Shown piece by piece: positions 37,450 through 51,255 of a stretch of 64,000 nucleotides of DNA. The DNA lies in NCBI GenBank assembly GCA_028534125.1, contig CM052828.1, positions 12,648,001 to 12,712,000 of the forward strand, in the 5' to 3' direction. Each line of letters starts with the position of its first letter. Position 1 is the stretch's first letter. Position numbers and translations under genes: made by a program. Under the pieces are notes generated by a model that was given only the letters and a program-made list of their open reading frames with translations, was not told the DNA's origin and made no database searches. The DNA is from Lama glama. Taxonomy: Eukaryota.

Positions 37450-39084
37450 AGTTATAAGATGTGCATGATCCCCAAATGAAAGAAATCACAGTCACCACAT
37501 TTTTAGAGCTCAGTAAATATTAGCTAATCGTGCTGTGGCTGTATTTATTTAATGACTGACAGAGGAAGAGGAAACCATGAAGGAGACAGTGGAGGAGCAG
37601 CCCCAGGAAAACCCCCATGGGACCTCGGACAGCGATGAGTACAGAGTACCAGTAAGATAGGCCTAGAGGCTGTATGGAGACTGATGGGGGTGGGGTTCAG
37701 TGTCGGCAACCTGGGTGACCTGACTAACTCCGCACAAGCACCAAGAATCCTGCTGAATCTGGACATTTTTCAATATTCACTTCCAGTAATCGCTTAATCC
37801 CCCCAGCACTGTGGCAGAGGTGTGAGGCGCCTCTCCATCAGCTCTCTGAGTTAACAGCATTGAATAGCCAGCCATTTTCCACTCAAAGGGAGTTAAAGGG
37901 TTTAGAGATGAAATATGCATTCTTGACCAGTGCAGTCTTGGCCCCGGGAACCTCAGTTCAACCAGGCATCAATATTTGACGCACAGTCGCAGTTTCACTC
38001 CGATTCCAAGAAGAGGGAAATGACGTGCTTTGCAGGAAGGGGCAGGCCGGGGAGCTGAGAATTTAGTCAGAGGATAAGGCAGTCATAGGTCAGGATGCAC
38101 AGGTCCCTGGCACGTTGGCGCATCTTCTTGCAAACCTTGAAGGATGGCCTGCCTCTAAGCTACACCTGTTCCTAATTGACCTGTCACAATGAAGACTGGC
38201 ACCTCTGCCTGGGAGAGAGGCAGTCACTGAATGCAGAGACAAGGCAGGCTGCTAGCGGGCCCTCTTCAGAGTCTGAAGCAATTCTTCAGCCCTCTGTCCA
38301 GTGAAGACTTGAGGAGGGAAAAAACAGCAAAGCTTACACAGAGTGTTTTCCTTCGGAGCAAAAGTAACAGGTTTCTTCGGAGCATGATTAAAAGGAAAAA
38401 TTCCCATGTAACTGTAAGGGAACAAAAGGAAGAGGAACAGAGGTTTGATATAGGAATTCGGGTTCGCAGGAAGTGAGAAGAGCTGGGGGGTCATGGAAAG
38501 AGCTGGAAGGCAGTCTGGAATCCCTAAGTGGGTTCTTCTCTAAGGTTTGGTGGGAAACTGCTACAGTTCTCAGGAATCTCTGGGAAATCTCCCACCGAAC
38601 ATGGTGCTTGCTGAGAAGCCTAGAAACCACTGTGAACCCTGTGTCTGGTCTGTCCCCCCGGGGCGTCCCAAGGATGCCTCCCTCCTCACCTCCGCCTCCC
38701 AAAGCTCAGGCAGGTTTCTCTCGTGAGAAAACTAAGTCTGAATCATACAAGGAAGGGGATTCCACAAAAGGAAGGTCCACTAAAAAGTGACAGTGGTAGC
38801 ACAAAAGTGACAACTTGCAAAAAAACATAAGCCTAAAAGCCCCAGATTCCTAGATTTACTTCCTCATTATGTGAGACAAATTATTTATTAATTATTTATT
38901 AATACTTAGAAATATTTTATTAATTCATTCCATCAATAGCAAACACTTTCTGTGTGCCAGTTACCGGGTTAGGGGATGGAGGCAGATTTAACTCTGTAGG
39001 AGAATAGAGTCTTTCTCCCATTGCACTGAAAGGGGAGGCTGGAGGTATCAGCAAAGCGTTAGGATGCACGGGAGTTATTCGGGC

Positions 39085-39445
39085 TGTTTGCCAGCGTCCG
39101 GCTCTCCTCCAGGCACATGCTAGGATTGTACCCCCACCCCCATCCCCAGCTGCTCAAAAGCTGGGAGACACGGTGCAACTTGCTTTGGTCAATGAAGTGA
39201 GAGCAGAAGGGGAGTGTGTGAGCTGCCCCGGGAAGAGTTAGGAATGAGGCACCTCTCACCTGCCGTGGAGGACTTGTTCAGATGGAGCTTCTGACAGCCT
39301 GAGTCCCCGAGAGACTCAGACGGGCAGAGCTCCCAGGCAACCTCAAGATGGACTTGCAGTGTGATTCAGAGCAAAATCTGTGTGACAAGCCAGTGAGGGT
39401 TTGGGGATTATTGCCACAGTGAAACCAGCCCGTGATGACACGTGA
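39085..39445 (+). mobile_element. Old MLT1 (J-like) LTR
   Basis: acttgctttggtcaatgaagtgagagcagaag...cagcctgagtccccgagagac. Confidence 0.6.
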
Positions 39446-39829
39446 CGTGTGAGTGAGTGCAGTAGGTTGTGCAAGGGCAGCCGGGGGAGGGAGACGGAAT
39501 GCCGGTTCTGGATGGTCTGACACACTGATCGTTCCCCTCAGGGGGCTGTCATTCAGCTCACTCTCTGATTAGTGAGGGGGACACAGCAGTGAACAAAACA
39601 GACCTCAGAACAGACCCCCCCTCCTCCCCGCTGTGTTCAGCAGTGCAGCCCCCTCCCTGTGATTTGACTTTGGATGATGATGAACTGATGGATCCAAGAT
39701 GGTGAGGATCATGTAAGAAAGGCGTCTTTAAAAAATTGTTTTCAAAATGATCATCAGAAACAGGGGCAGCACTGAAAGAAAGAAGTCATCAGAGTAGAGA
39801 TGCTCAAGGTCCCAAGGATCTCTCTTCAA

Positions 39830-40228
39830 TTGTGACTGGTGACGTTAGGTACATTCACGTTGCTGTGCGGCCATCACCACCCGCTGTCTCTAAAACTTTT
39901 CCATCTTCCCAAATCAGAACTCTGTACCCATTAAACACAAACTCCCCAGGCGCCCCTCCCCCGGCCCCTGGCAACCACCATTCTATTTTCTGTCTCTGGA
40001 TTTGACTGCTCTAGGTGATTCACATGAATGGGATCACACAATATTTGTATTTTTGTGACTGTCTTATCTCACACGGCATGATGTCCTCAAGGTCTGTCCA
40101 TGCTGTAACATGTGTCAGAACACCATCCCTTTTTAAACTTAATATTCCACTGCATTTATATACTATTTTGTTTTGCCCATCCATCTGTTGATGGACATTT
40201 GGGTTGTTTCCACCTTTTGGCTGTTGTC
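39830..40228 (-). mobile_element. L1MB-like 3' end
   Basis: cccctggcaaccaccattcta...ccatctgttgatggacatttgggttgtttccaccttttggct; - frame gives TTAKRWKQPKCPS (ORF2 C-terminus). Confidence 0.85.
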
Positions 40229-42224
40229 CATCTGACTCCATGCACCAGGGCAGCAGGCGAGAGTCCATTTCTGGCTGTGCAAGGGCGAGCAATCAGACAC
40301 AGACTCTTTCTGAGCGTTTTGCACCTGTTGACCTCATCTGCGAAGAGAGTCATTCACCGAGATGAGAGAAGGGCATTTAATTCCCAATCGTCTCCCAGTG
40401 CACACAGGTGCTATTGATGGAAAAGTCTCTGAGAAATGTTTCACCCTCCCCTTGATGGCTGGGGCCTCTGCCCTCCACACATGGGAGCCACCGGACATGC
40501 CCTTCATGTGGCCATGAGAAGTAAAGGCTGTCGGCAGTGGCTGTAGCATCCTAGCCTCTGCAGCGGCTTTGAGAGCCTACGAGACTCTCTCTTTGGGGAG
40601 CTGTTTATTTTATACCAGAGACAAGTGGTAGCCAAACTGGATATATGGTCACCCTACGTGCAGGGATAGTGTCACCTAAGTATTTTCTGAGTATTTTACT
40701 GCCACTGCCTTAAGAAGAGAGTCACTACTTCTGGCTAACGTGAACACACGGCTAAGGCCACCCTGAATGACATCCTTGAGCGATCCTTTAGGGCACCTGC
40801 ATTGTTTTGTCCTTGTCTAGGCTGACTGCTGCTTCTGAGAGAGGATCGCTGAGGGGCTTCCAACCATGAACGCCTACTGGCCTGACTCTCGTAGCCCCGT
40901 GATGCAATCAGCCCCAGGGTGGGAGGGGTGGGGAGCATGAGGTGGGGGCTGCTGTGCGCTCTCCTGGCTTATGCTGCAGGATTGTCATGGAAGAGGCAGC
41001 TAGAGGGTGTCTGGGGAGGAAAAGTCAGAAATACCTTCATCTTCTTGCCAAAACCTGGAAAGTCATTTTTACCCCACGCTACATCTCTACCTGAGTACAG
41101 GAAGGAGAAATTTTCTTCTTCATCTACTTTTCTTGTCTCCTTCCCTAACAACACAAATGAAACCAAGTCACTCACGCAGAGATTGCTCGTTGTCCCCCTA
41201 CCACTGCTCTGGCAGCAGATGCTAGAGCAGGACTCAAGTCCACTGAGTCAAAAACCCACACTACTCAGCCTCCCATATAGCTACAGACAGCCGTGTGAGT
41301 AAAGTCTGCTCAGTGGGAGGTGAGTAAAAGTGAAAGGATTTTAACGTCCTTTTCTTTCCCACTTTCCTGTTGGCTAAAATGAAGACATCTTACTTTGCGT
41401 CATCTTCACCAATGCAGGCACGTGCAATGGCCCTAGGGAGCGAGGAGCAGTAAGATGGAAGGAACCTGGGCCCCCGAATAGTCACGTGGAGCAGAGTCAC
41501 CTGCCCGGGATCACCTTCCTCCACGCTGATACACGAGGGAGAGAAATGGATGTATTTTCTCTCTTATGGAAGCCAAACTGATCCTGTAGTATAATACCCT
41601 CCAATCACAGAGAAAAGGGAAGGAGAAAAAAAATAAAAGGAAAGAGGCGAGCATGAGGAAGGAAGACAGTAGAAGATGAGGTGCAGGAGAAGATGGAAAA
41701 AACTGGACAGGCAGGTGTTTTGACTCATTCCAACCCCCAAAGCACTGTCAGGCTTAGCCTTCCACTCGGGCTTTGCAAAATCACACCCAACTTTTTTGTT
41801 GATGGTCACGTATGTTTGATAGAGAAACATCAACATTTGTGAGAAGACTGTCTTTTCTTGAGTCCTGATACATGCTGCAGTATGTCACCATGAAAATAAT
41901 TAAGAATAAGATTGTGTTCCTACATTTATCTTTCCAAGCATAATATAATTCACCCCTAATTATCCACATTCCTTTTATATTTTGGAAAAAGTGAGACCTA
42001 CTCCTATTGTGATTTATGAGGCTTGATTTGAGCTAATGTAACCTATTTTGCCATTAATCTTAGCTGAAGGTACTTAGAAAGATAAACTGATTGGGATGTA
42101 TAATACACCCCAAGTCAAATAGAAATGATTTGGAGATTTTTCTTAAGAGGAATGATTCACTGTTTGCCCGCCCGTGAGATCTTACCCTCTCTACCTGGTT
42201 AGTCACCACAGCTCCCTAGCAGCC

Positions 42225-42660
42225 TGGTGGTTTATTATGCAGGTGGCCCCAGTGAGCCATGCCTTCTGGTACTCATCCCCTGGTGGGGTCCCTCCCCTTA
42301 ATCTGAGCTGGTCCTGAAATTTGACTGAATCAATAGAATGTGGTAGAAAAACATGGTGCTTTTTCCTGCCTTGAGACTTAAAGCGTGGCAGTTTCTGCCT
42401 CCGCACTGTTGGAAACCCTGAGCAGCCAGGTAGGAATTCTGGCTCCCCTGCTGGAGGGACAGTGTGGAGGAGAGGCCAGGTGTCCCAGCCCCCGAGCTGA
42501 GCCCGGCCCCAGCCTGCCCCTGGTTGAATGCAGGCACAGGAGTACCACTGACATGGCCATCAAAAGTCCAGCTAAATTGTGGTGTTGTGAGTAAATAAAA
42601 TGACTGCTGTTTTAAGCCACTGAGTCTTGGGATGTCTTCTGCATAATCATAGATAAATGA
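42225..42660 (+). mobile_element. MLT1 (E-G-like) solo LTR
   Basis: ggccccagtgagccatgccttctggtactcatcccct...taaaatgactgctgttttaagccactgag. Confidence 0.75.
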
Positions 42661-42788
42661 AGCTTTTCTACTTTTATCTATTACTAACTTTCCCTAAATC
42701 TGACAGAGATCCTACTTAAGGTTTCTAAATGGAATTTTCTCACAATCCCCTTTGCCACACCAACTTCTGCTGTAAGTTCTTAACCTGT

Positions 42789-42890
42789 CAGGGTTGTCAT
42801 ATACAGTTGTATGTGTTGTGCACTGCACCAGGGTACCCCACTGAAGGAGCCAGTGAGGACTGCTTGCCTGGCTTAGAGGGGGCATGATTT
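42789..42890. mobile_element. MER91-like hAT MITE fragment
   Basis: cagggttgtcatatacagttgtatgtgttgtgcactgcac resembles the MER91 terminus. Confidence 0.5.
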
Positions 42891-45800
42891 CTGAATCATG
42901 TTGCTATGCCTCTGACAGAGAATATTCAGTCAAATCAAGTCCAAAGATGTTGACCTGGCTTCCAAGCCTCCTTTAACTGCCTGATACCACCTTGACTCAC
43001 ACCTCCAACTTTCTCCACCCTAGTCTCGCATTACTCAGTTCCAGTCTCAGCCCAGCTGAGTCACCCTACCTCCCGCCCTCCAACACGCCCATTGTTCCTT
43101 CCATCAGACCAGGGCTGTGACTTCGAGGGCAGCCATCTCTCTGTGTCCTCTGGCGCCAGGATGTTTTCAGTTTTGTAAATTTCAGAGGAGCTGATGTTTA
43201 CTTACAGGCACACTTTTTAGGGATTTCTAAGCATGATAAAGTAAGAAAGAATGGTGAAGCCATCTGCTGTTATTCCAGTTCCTTCTCCCTGCATGGAGGA
43301 CCAAGCCAAGGAGACAGGAGTTACTCTGCTCCTGGGGAGAACTCTGCTCCGTTGGACAGAGGTCCAGGGGCACAGGACACTGCATCTGAGCCAGAGAAGC
43401 CAGACTCCAGGGGAATCTCTTTTCCTCACAGTTCGCAGCACCACCAGAAGGCGGAATGTTCCAGTACGCTGTGCAAATGGACCAGCGTGACATGGGATAC
43501 ACGTTGTCGAATTTTGTAATCTTATCCTCCATTAAATATTTAGCACAGACGATTCGATCTCTTCCTTTCCTCAGCTTCCCCCTTCTTCCTCTGCATCCCC
43601 TCCCCCACCCCTCCCTTCATGCCTCTTCTCCACTTTACCTGCCTTCTGGGAAGTGCAGACTCAGAGTCGCTTTTCTGTCAGGGACACAGCCAAGGGGATT
43701 TCTAGACACGGGGCAAGTGCATAGATTGTTCTCTTTGACTCTGGGTTCTTTCTAGAAAGTGCAGTTGCAGCCTGGCAGGGCTGAAGTAGCAACTACGTTG
43801 AGATGTGTGTCTCACCGAGAGCATCCCTGGTTATGCCGCCAGTAGTCACCGTGCCCACCTGTGGGGCAGGGAAGTGGTTATGTGCTGGCTCGCCCGACTG
43901 CATGCTGGAAGGGGATGGCAGGCCTGGCCATGTGCCCTCTAAGCAAGTGGGCTGCTCAGGGCAGCTAGCATCTCAGGGAAGCTCAGCCTCATTCAGGGCA
44001 CCGGGGAAGCCTAGTGATGTCTAAGCTCATCGCTATTAAGGCTGGTCCACCTGAGCCTCTGATCTCTACAAACATTGAAAGATAAGAGGCCTGGATGCAA
44101 AATATTTGCCTGGGACAATAGCTTGGCAACTGGGAGCTGCAAAATAGAAGTAATCGTAGTAATATTTTTATATTATTATAAAAATAATAATTGCTACTTT
44201 GAATTGAGCAGATCTGACCCGTTAGTGCTCCTCTGTATTTTATCATTTAATCATGACAAAAACTCTGTAAAACAGGTAACGCCTACTTTTACTGATGAGC
44301 TCGCCAGAGCTCAGAGTTTAGGTAACTTTCCCAGGCTGCTAGGTGGCAGACCTGGGACGCAGTCCCCAAGTGAGTGAGGTCCACGGTCTCATTCTTCCCC
44401 ACACCGGGCCGTGAGCATCACTGCAGCTCCAGCAGCACAGGCGGGGCTCGCCTGGGAGCAGACAGAAGCTTAAGCCTTCTCCTCCAGGCTCCCCCACAGC
44501 TGCCATCTCCTGGCATTGCTACAGGGCGCATCCTCTGGACTGCTGTGCTCTGCCCTGGGATTCTGCCCTCTGGGTTTGAAAAATTCTGGAATGAATCAAG
44601 TTTTGTTATGGAGAGTCTCCTTAGGCTGAGTGTCCAGGGTCCTTGTCAAGCCTTAAGGCTCTTGCTAGCTTTGCAAAGAACAGGTCGGGTCTGTGCCGGG
44701 TGAGGAGCCCAGCTCCGAGAGCAGCCAGCTCCTGCCCAGGCTAAAGCCGGGCTGGTGTAGACGGGCTGGGCTGGAGGTGAGGACGCAGGCCCTGTGTTCC
44801 CCACGATGCAAGCAAAGAGTCAGGTCTGCGGGGCCTAATTTGGGATTTGATGGGCATTTGTCGTGTCCTCAAAACACACTTTTTAAGACCACAAGGTGAT
44901 TTCCCACCCATTCCTTCCAGTGAGGCCATAAGAAAATCTCCACATGGTACGAAGGTGGTTCCCACTTGGGATGCATTTTCCTGAGCAGAGATGACAAGTG
45001 GTTTTGCAGGGACCCCGTCGGTGGGAGCGCAGAGAGGATGGCTTCGGGGGCTGGTCTGGGACGGGAGGTGGAGAGTCAGCGGACTGGGCTGTGGCAGCTG
45101 CTGCCACCGTCCTGCTCCTTAGCATTCGTGACGCGCTGGGCAAGTGATGTCACTATGACTTTCTCTCAGATTTCCTCCCAAGTCTGGCCCTCAGGAAGAA
45201 TCCAGCACCCTGCTGGTCGGCAAAGAGGGGAGGAGGCTATACGTGAGAATAGAGGTTAGACTCCTGTGACCTTCTGGATGCACTGTTAGACTTCATTTTT
45301 TATCTATTTAAACTGTTTCTCAATTCATGTGGAATAAGACATAAGCCCACTGGCACACGCTACTAAGAAAGGCTGTGTGGTCTCAGACCCTGGATGCCTC
45401 AGGGAAGAAATTCTATCAGCCCTCGTTCATTCTGGGTGCTTTGATACTGTGTCTGTGTCAAGCCAGAGAGATGGGCTGAAGCCAGAGAAACAGAGACCCC
45501 CTTCTACCCTCACCCCCACTGCAGGAGACTTCAGAGCGGGTGACTATGCTGCCAGAGCACGAGGGGCAGTGGGACCAGCCTACTGGCTCGAAGCCAGAGC
45601 TCTGGGTCTGAGGACTGGTTTCTCACTCACCCGATTTAGACCTTAGACAAGTCTGCCAGCTTCTCCAGGCTCGTCTTCTCATTTGTGAATTGAGGACCAA
45701 TAATAATGATGATGAAAATGATGCTTCTCTCTCAACCCAAGGATTCAGTAAGTTAACATACATGGAACCGCTTCATCAGCCCTAAAGCGCTCTGCAAATG

Positions 45801-46979
45801 TAAAGTGTAAACGCTTCTACACACCGGGGGCCATCTCACCACTGTGCCCCGGAGAATGTCGCATGCAGAGGATGCGTTCAACCAGAAGACATTTATAATG
45901 TCCTTTTCTAGCTATGTTTTAAAAGGCATGATTATTATTCTAGAGCAAGATAGAAACATTAAAAAAATTTTGTATCATAGATCTCTTTGAATATCTGATA
46001 AAACCACACTTTCTTTCTCAAACAAAAAAATCAACCAGCAAATGTAAACCATGGTAATACATACATCTCATAATATTTTTCTACAGTTTCTGAGGGCTCA
46101 TTGTTGCCACCCAGCTTAAGAAAATGCCTATGGCTGGAGATTTTCAGGTTTCAGCTCTCTGAGTGAAGTCTGGGAGAGAAAGGGACTGTGCAGCAAAATG
46201 AGTGCAATAATGATGTTTAGCATTTCCCTGGGAAAAATCCTAGCGGGAACATCCCTGAAATTCTAATGTACTCAAAGGATGCTCTTGAAAAAATAGTTTG
46301 TGTCTGATTATAGTGAGTCTATTGGAATGAAAATATGCTCATGCTAACGAATCTGCCCCACATAGGTGGTCACCCTCAGCTCCCTGAGGCTTTTGTGCAG
46401 AAAGTTGTGGTCCCGATATCTGAATCCTCCCCCTCTCCACAATGGGCTGCTATCCGGTAACGGCAGCGAGGTCCAGTTACGGCAGGGAGAGGCGCCTCCA
46501 GGGCACTCGGATGCTGCTCAGAGTCCAGCTTAACCGGGATCTGAGGGTCTCCTGCCAACGGCCCTGGCTGTGTCCACCCGGGTCCATCTCTGGGGACTGG
46601 ATTTTAACCTCAAGCAACACGCTGTACTTGGCTTAGCGGTGTCTTTGCAAAGCAGGATTTCATTTGGAGACAGGGAGTTCAGGACCAGGGCCAGCTCAGC
46701 CGAGGTGGAAACATAAACAGTCACACCAAGAGCAAGTCCGATCAAGTGAGCCCACATCCAGAAACGGAAAAGGAAAGAAAATAGCTGAGCAGGATATGTG
46801 ATGTCATGCTTTCCCCATCCAGCTGGAGCCTTCGATGGAAGAGCTGGGAAGGTATTCGCTCTAAATGGTGCATAAAGCCAGTCAGGGAGAGAGATTTTAA
46901 GCTCACAGTGCACTTCTTCACACCCTCAGGTGGTTTATGGCATCGCGGTTATTGGATGTAAAGGTTCCCCCCATGAGAG

Positions 46980-47885
<906 letters not shown>

Positions 47886-48995
47886 TGAAAGTCCCGGTGA
47901 AAAGTAAACCTGGGGAGGGTTTGCTGCCTCGGGACCATGGGCCCAGGTATTTGGCCCCCTCCCCCGGCAAGCACTGCCTTAGAAGGAGTCTGTGACTCGC
48001 AGAAGATTGAATGACAGCTCTGCTGGGCGTTGGAGGCTTCCAGCCCAGGCCCCCCCGCCCCCTCCCTCAGCAGGAAATGAGTGAAAGAAAGAAGCTGCAC
48101 TTATCTTGTCGTTTATACTCGTCACAGTGTTTGCACACACTGCCTTTCTTTGAGATACTTCCAATCATGCCCAGAGAAAAGGTGGGAGAAAGCCCCTCTG
48201 TATCGCAGGACAGCAAGCTGGGGCTCGGCGACCTGATTCTGATAAGATCCTCCCCCCCAAACTCATTGTTACTCATTCCTTGGTTTCCTCAATTAAAAAA
48301 AAAAAAAGCCTGAGGTTTGAGGCTGTTTTGTTTTAAATTCTCATCAATCGTTTTTCCAGTGACCGGGCTCTAAGGTATTTCAAGCAGCCTGTCTGTCCCA
48401 CATCCTGGCTGCCTCCCCGGCGTGTCCTGCAGGCCGTGCAAATCCCATTAACGCTGAATGACCGGCCTGCTATCAGATCTCTAGGGCTTGGCCTCACCCA
48501 GCTGGTTTCAACTGTCTGCATTTCATGCCAGATGGGAGCAGTTTCAGTCATCATCTTAACTCCAGAAGTATGTCAGTGTTGTGGCCGATACAGTGTCCTG
48601 CTCTTAGGTCCTGGTACTGACCCTGCAGCCAGCCAGCTGGAGATCTCTGGGCTAGTCACCCCTCCTTTGCAGCCACCTCAGAGGACAGAGGAGATTGCAG
48701 TGGCTTTTGGACTCCCTTCCAGCCTGAGTAGCCTGGCGCTCTCAGCTCTGGTTAGGTTCCCTCTGGACACTACACTTTCCTGCAAAATGGAGTCCTCTTT
48801 TTGTAGAACCTAGTTGCCTTCTTCCCTGCTTCCTTCCTATTCAGCATCTGAAGACAGAGGGAGGGGTTCGAGGCAAAGTGCCTGCTCTGGCCCTGGCCCA
48901 GTAGGGCTGGCTGTGGTGAGGGGCCCAGGCATGATGCAGTGGACGGATTTCCTCAGGAGATGCCTCTTACTGTGATGTAACAGGAAAGAGATTTT

Positions 48996-49724
48996 TGATT
49001 TGTTCGTGTTTTACTGAAGTCTAGTTGATTTACAATGTTGTGTTAGTTTCAGGCGTACAGCACAGTGATTCAGTATTTTTGCAGATTTTATTCCATTATA
49101 GGTTATCACAAGATAATGGATATAATTCCCTAATCTGTACAGTAAATCCTTGTTGCTTATCTATTTTATATAGAGTAGCTTGTATCTGCTAATCCCATAC
49201 CTCTAATTTGTCCCTCTCCCCTCCCCTCTCCCCTTTAGTGACCCCTTTTGTTTTCTGTATCTGGGAGACTGTTTCTGTTTAGCACACACATTCATTCGTA
49301 TCATTTTTTTAGATTCTACCTATAAGTGATATATAGTATTTGTCCTTCTTTGTATGACTTATTTCACTAAGCATCGTATTCTCTAGGAGAAAAGGGAACC
49401 CTCCTACATTGTTGGTGGGAATGTAACTTGGTGCAGCCACTATGGAAAACCGTATGGAGGTTCCTTAAAAAATAAAAAATGGAACTACCGTATGATCGAG
49501 CAATCCCACTCCTGTGTATATATCTGAAAAAAATGAAAACACTGATTCAAAAAGACACCTGCACCCCAGTGTTCACAGCAGTACTATTTACAATAGCAAG
49601 ACATGGAAGCAACCCAAATGTCCATTGACAGATGATTGGATTCAGAAGATGAATCAGTCATAAAAAAGAATGAAATACTCCCACTTGCAGCAATGTGGAT
49701 GACATGCTTGGTGAAATAAGTCAG
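48996..49724 (-). mobile_element. 5'-inverted (twin-primed) L1 insertion in C13orf42 intron 1
   Basis: 48996-49387 is the L1 3' end on - strand. 49386-49724 is the adjacent upstream L1 segment on + strand (gagaaaagggaaccctcctac...gtgaaataagtcag). Degenerate TSD caggaaagagatttt (48981) / caggaaaagtttt (49722). Confidence 0.85.
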
Positions 49725-50209
49725 GAAAAGTTTTAAAACAGCTTTGAGGTCAGTCAGACCAAGGCCTGAAATTTAGCTCTGTATTCACCGGCTGTGTGCC
49801 TTTGTCAAGGTGAGTTTCCCTCTCTGGGCCTCTGTTTCTGGAGCAACCTCATGGAAATAAGCATACACATTGTGAGGAGGAAGGGGGAGCTGGCCTGTGA
49901 CAGGACCTGGCACACACTAGGTAGCCCAGCGTTCACTGCTCTGGAATGTAAGCTGCAGGTGGCTTGTCCGAGCCTCGAGACAGGCTGCTCTCCTACAGAA
50001 AGAGCTGTAGACTGGGTGGCCTGAAAAACAGCGGGGCCCCATCTCCGTGGCTAGCAAGGTGGCCTCCCCAGCTCTCTGTGCGTGGCAGGGGCAGGGGAAC
50101 AGGAGAGCCCCTTCCTTCTGGAACATCATCACTATCCTTTGTTGGCAGAAAATACTTGCTGATGTTCAGATTTCGGGCAAACACCACTTTCTCCCCTGAC
50201 CTCCTGTCA

Positions 50210-50620
50210 TGTGGTGCATCGTGTCTCCCCCAAATCCTATGTTTCAGTCCTAATCCCCAGTACCCCAGAAGGTGACCTTATTTGGAAGTAGGGTGATTAC
50301 AGATGTAATTAGTTAATTAGAGTGATCACAGGTTATTAGGGTGGGCCCCGAATCCAGCATCACTGGGACCTTCCCAAGCAGGAGAATTTGGGACACGTGC
50401 ACGCACCCGGAGATAACGCTGTGTGAAGGTCGGAGTTGTGGAAGCCAAGAAACTACCAGAACCTGGTGGGGGCGTGGTGCAGGGGGCCTGGAACACATGC
50501 TTCCCTAGTGCTTTCAAAGAGAGCATGGCCCTGCGGACACCCTGATCTCAGACTTCTGGCCTCCAGAACTGTGAGAGAATAAACTTCTGTGGCACCTGGC
50601 GGCCCCAGGAACTGAATGCA
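50210..50620 (+). mobile_element. MLT1B/C MaLR solo LTR
   Basis: gtgaccttatttggaagtaggg...cagacttctggcctccagaactgtgagagaataaacttctgt; TG...CA ends. Confidence 0.85.
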
Positions 50621-50999
50621 CCCCTCCAGAGAATTAGCCTTTTCTTTTCTCCAGCCTTAGTCTAAGCGCATCTCTGTTGTAGCATTTATCACATCCTATG
50701 CGGTTCTTTAACATGTGTGTCTCCCCTGGTGGGCTGCAGTGAGCTTGGTAAGCGTGACAAAGCTGAGACAGTATCTTTGTCATTTTTCTATCCCCAGAGC
50801 GTAGCAGTGAGTATTTACTCGTCACTTATGGATGCTTTATTAACTTTAAAGCCTGATGTCTTTTGTGCCATAGATCAGGGAACTGGCCTTCACGTAGGGA
50901 GTAAGTAGGGTTCCCGGGGTACCCCTGGAGGCCATCCCCTTCGGCAGATACCAGCCCCTGGCCTGGCCACAGAACCCAAGTTCCGCTGTCTGTCTCTCT

Positions 51000-51255
51000 C
51001 TGGGGGAAAAGGTAATGACTTTTAAACTCATTTTTTTAAAAAAAAAGTTAGAAATATATTTTAGATATTGACCCAGTTTACCCAAATACACAACCAAAAC
51101 AAAAGATTCATGAGATTGACTTATTCCTTTTCTCTGTTTAGTACTCTGATGATTTTCAAAGTATTCCATACTATTTTTTAAATGTTGGTTGTGATATACT
51201 AAATACATTTCACAAGCCACTGATGGTCCAGACCCACAATTTCTCACGCCCTGGA
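51000..51255. mobile_element. hAT-Charlie-type DNA transposon remnant
   Basis: Terminus tttcacaagccactgatggtccagacccacaatttc; subfamily not assignable by eye. Confidence 0.45.
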
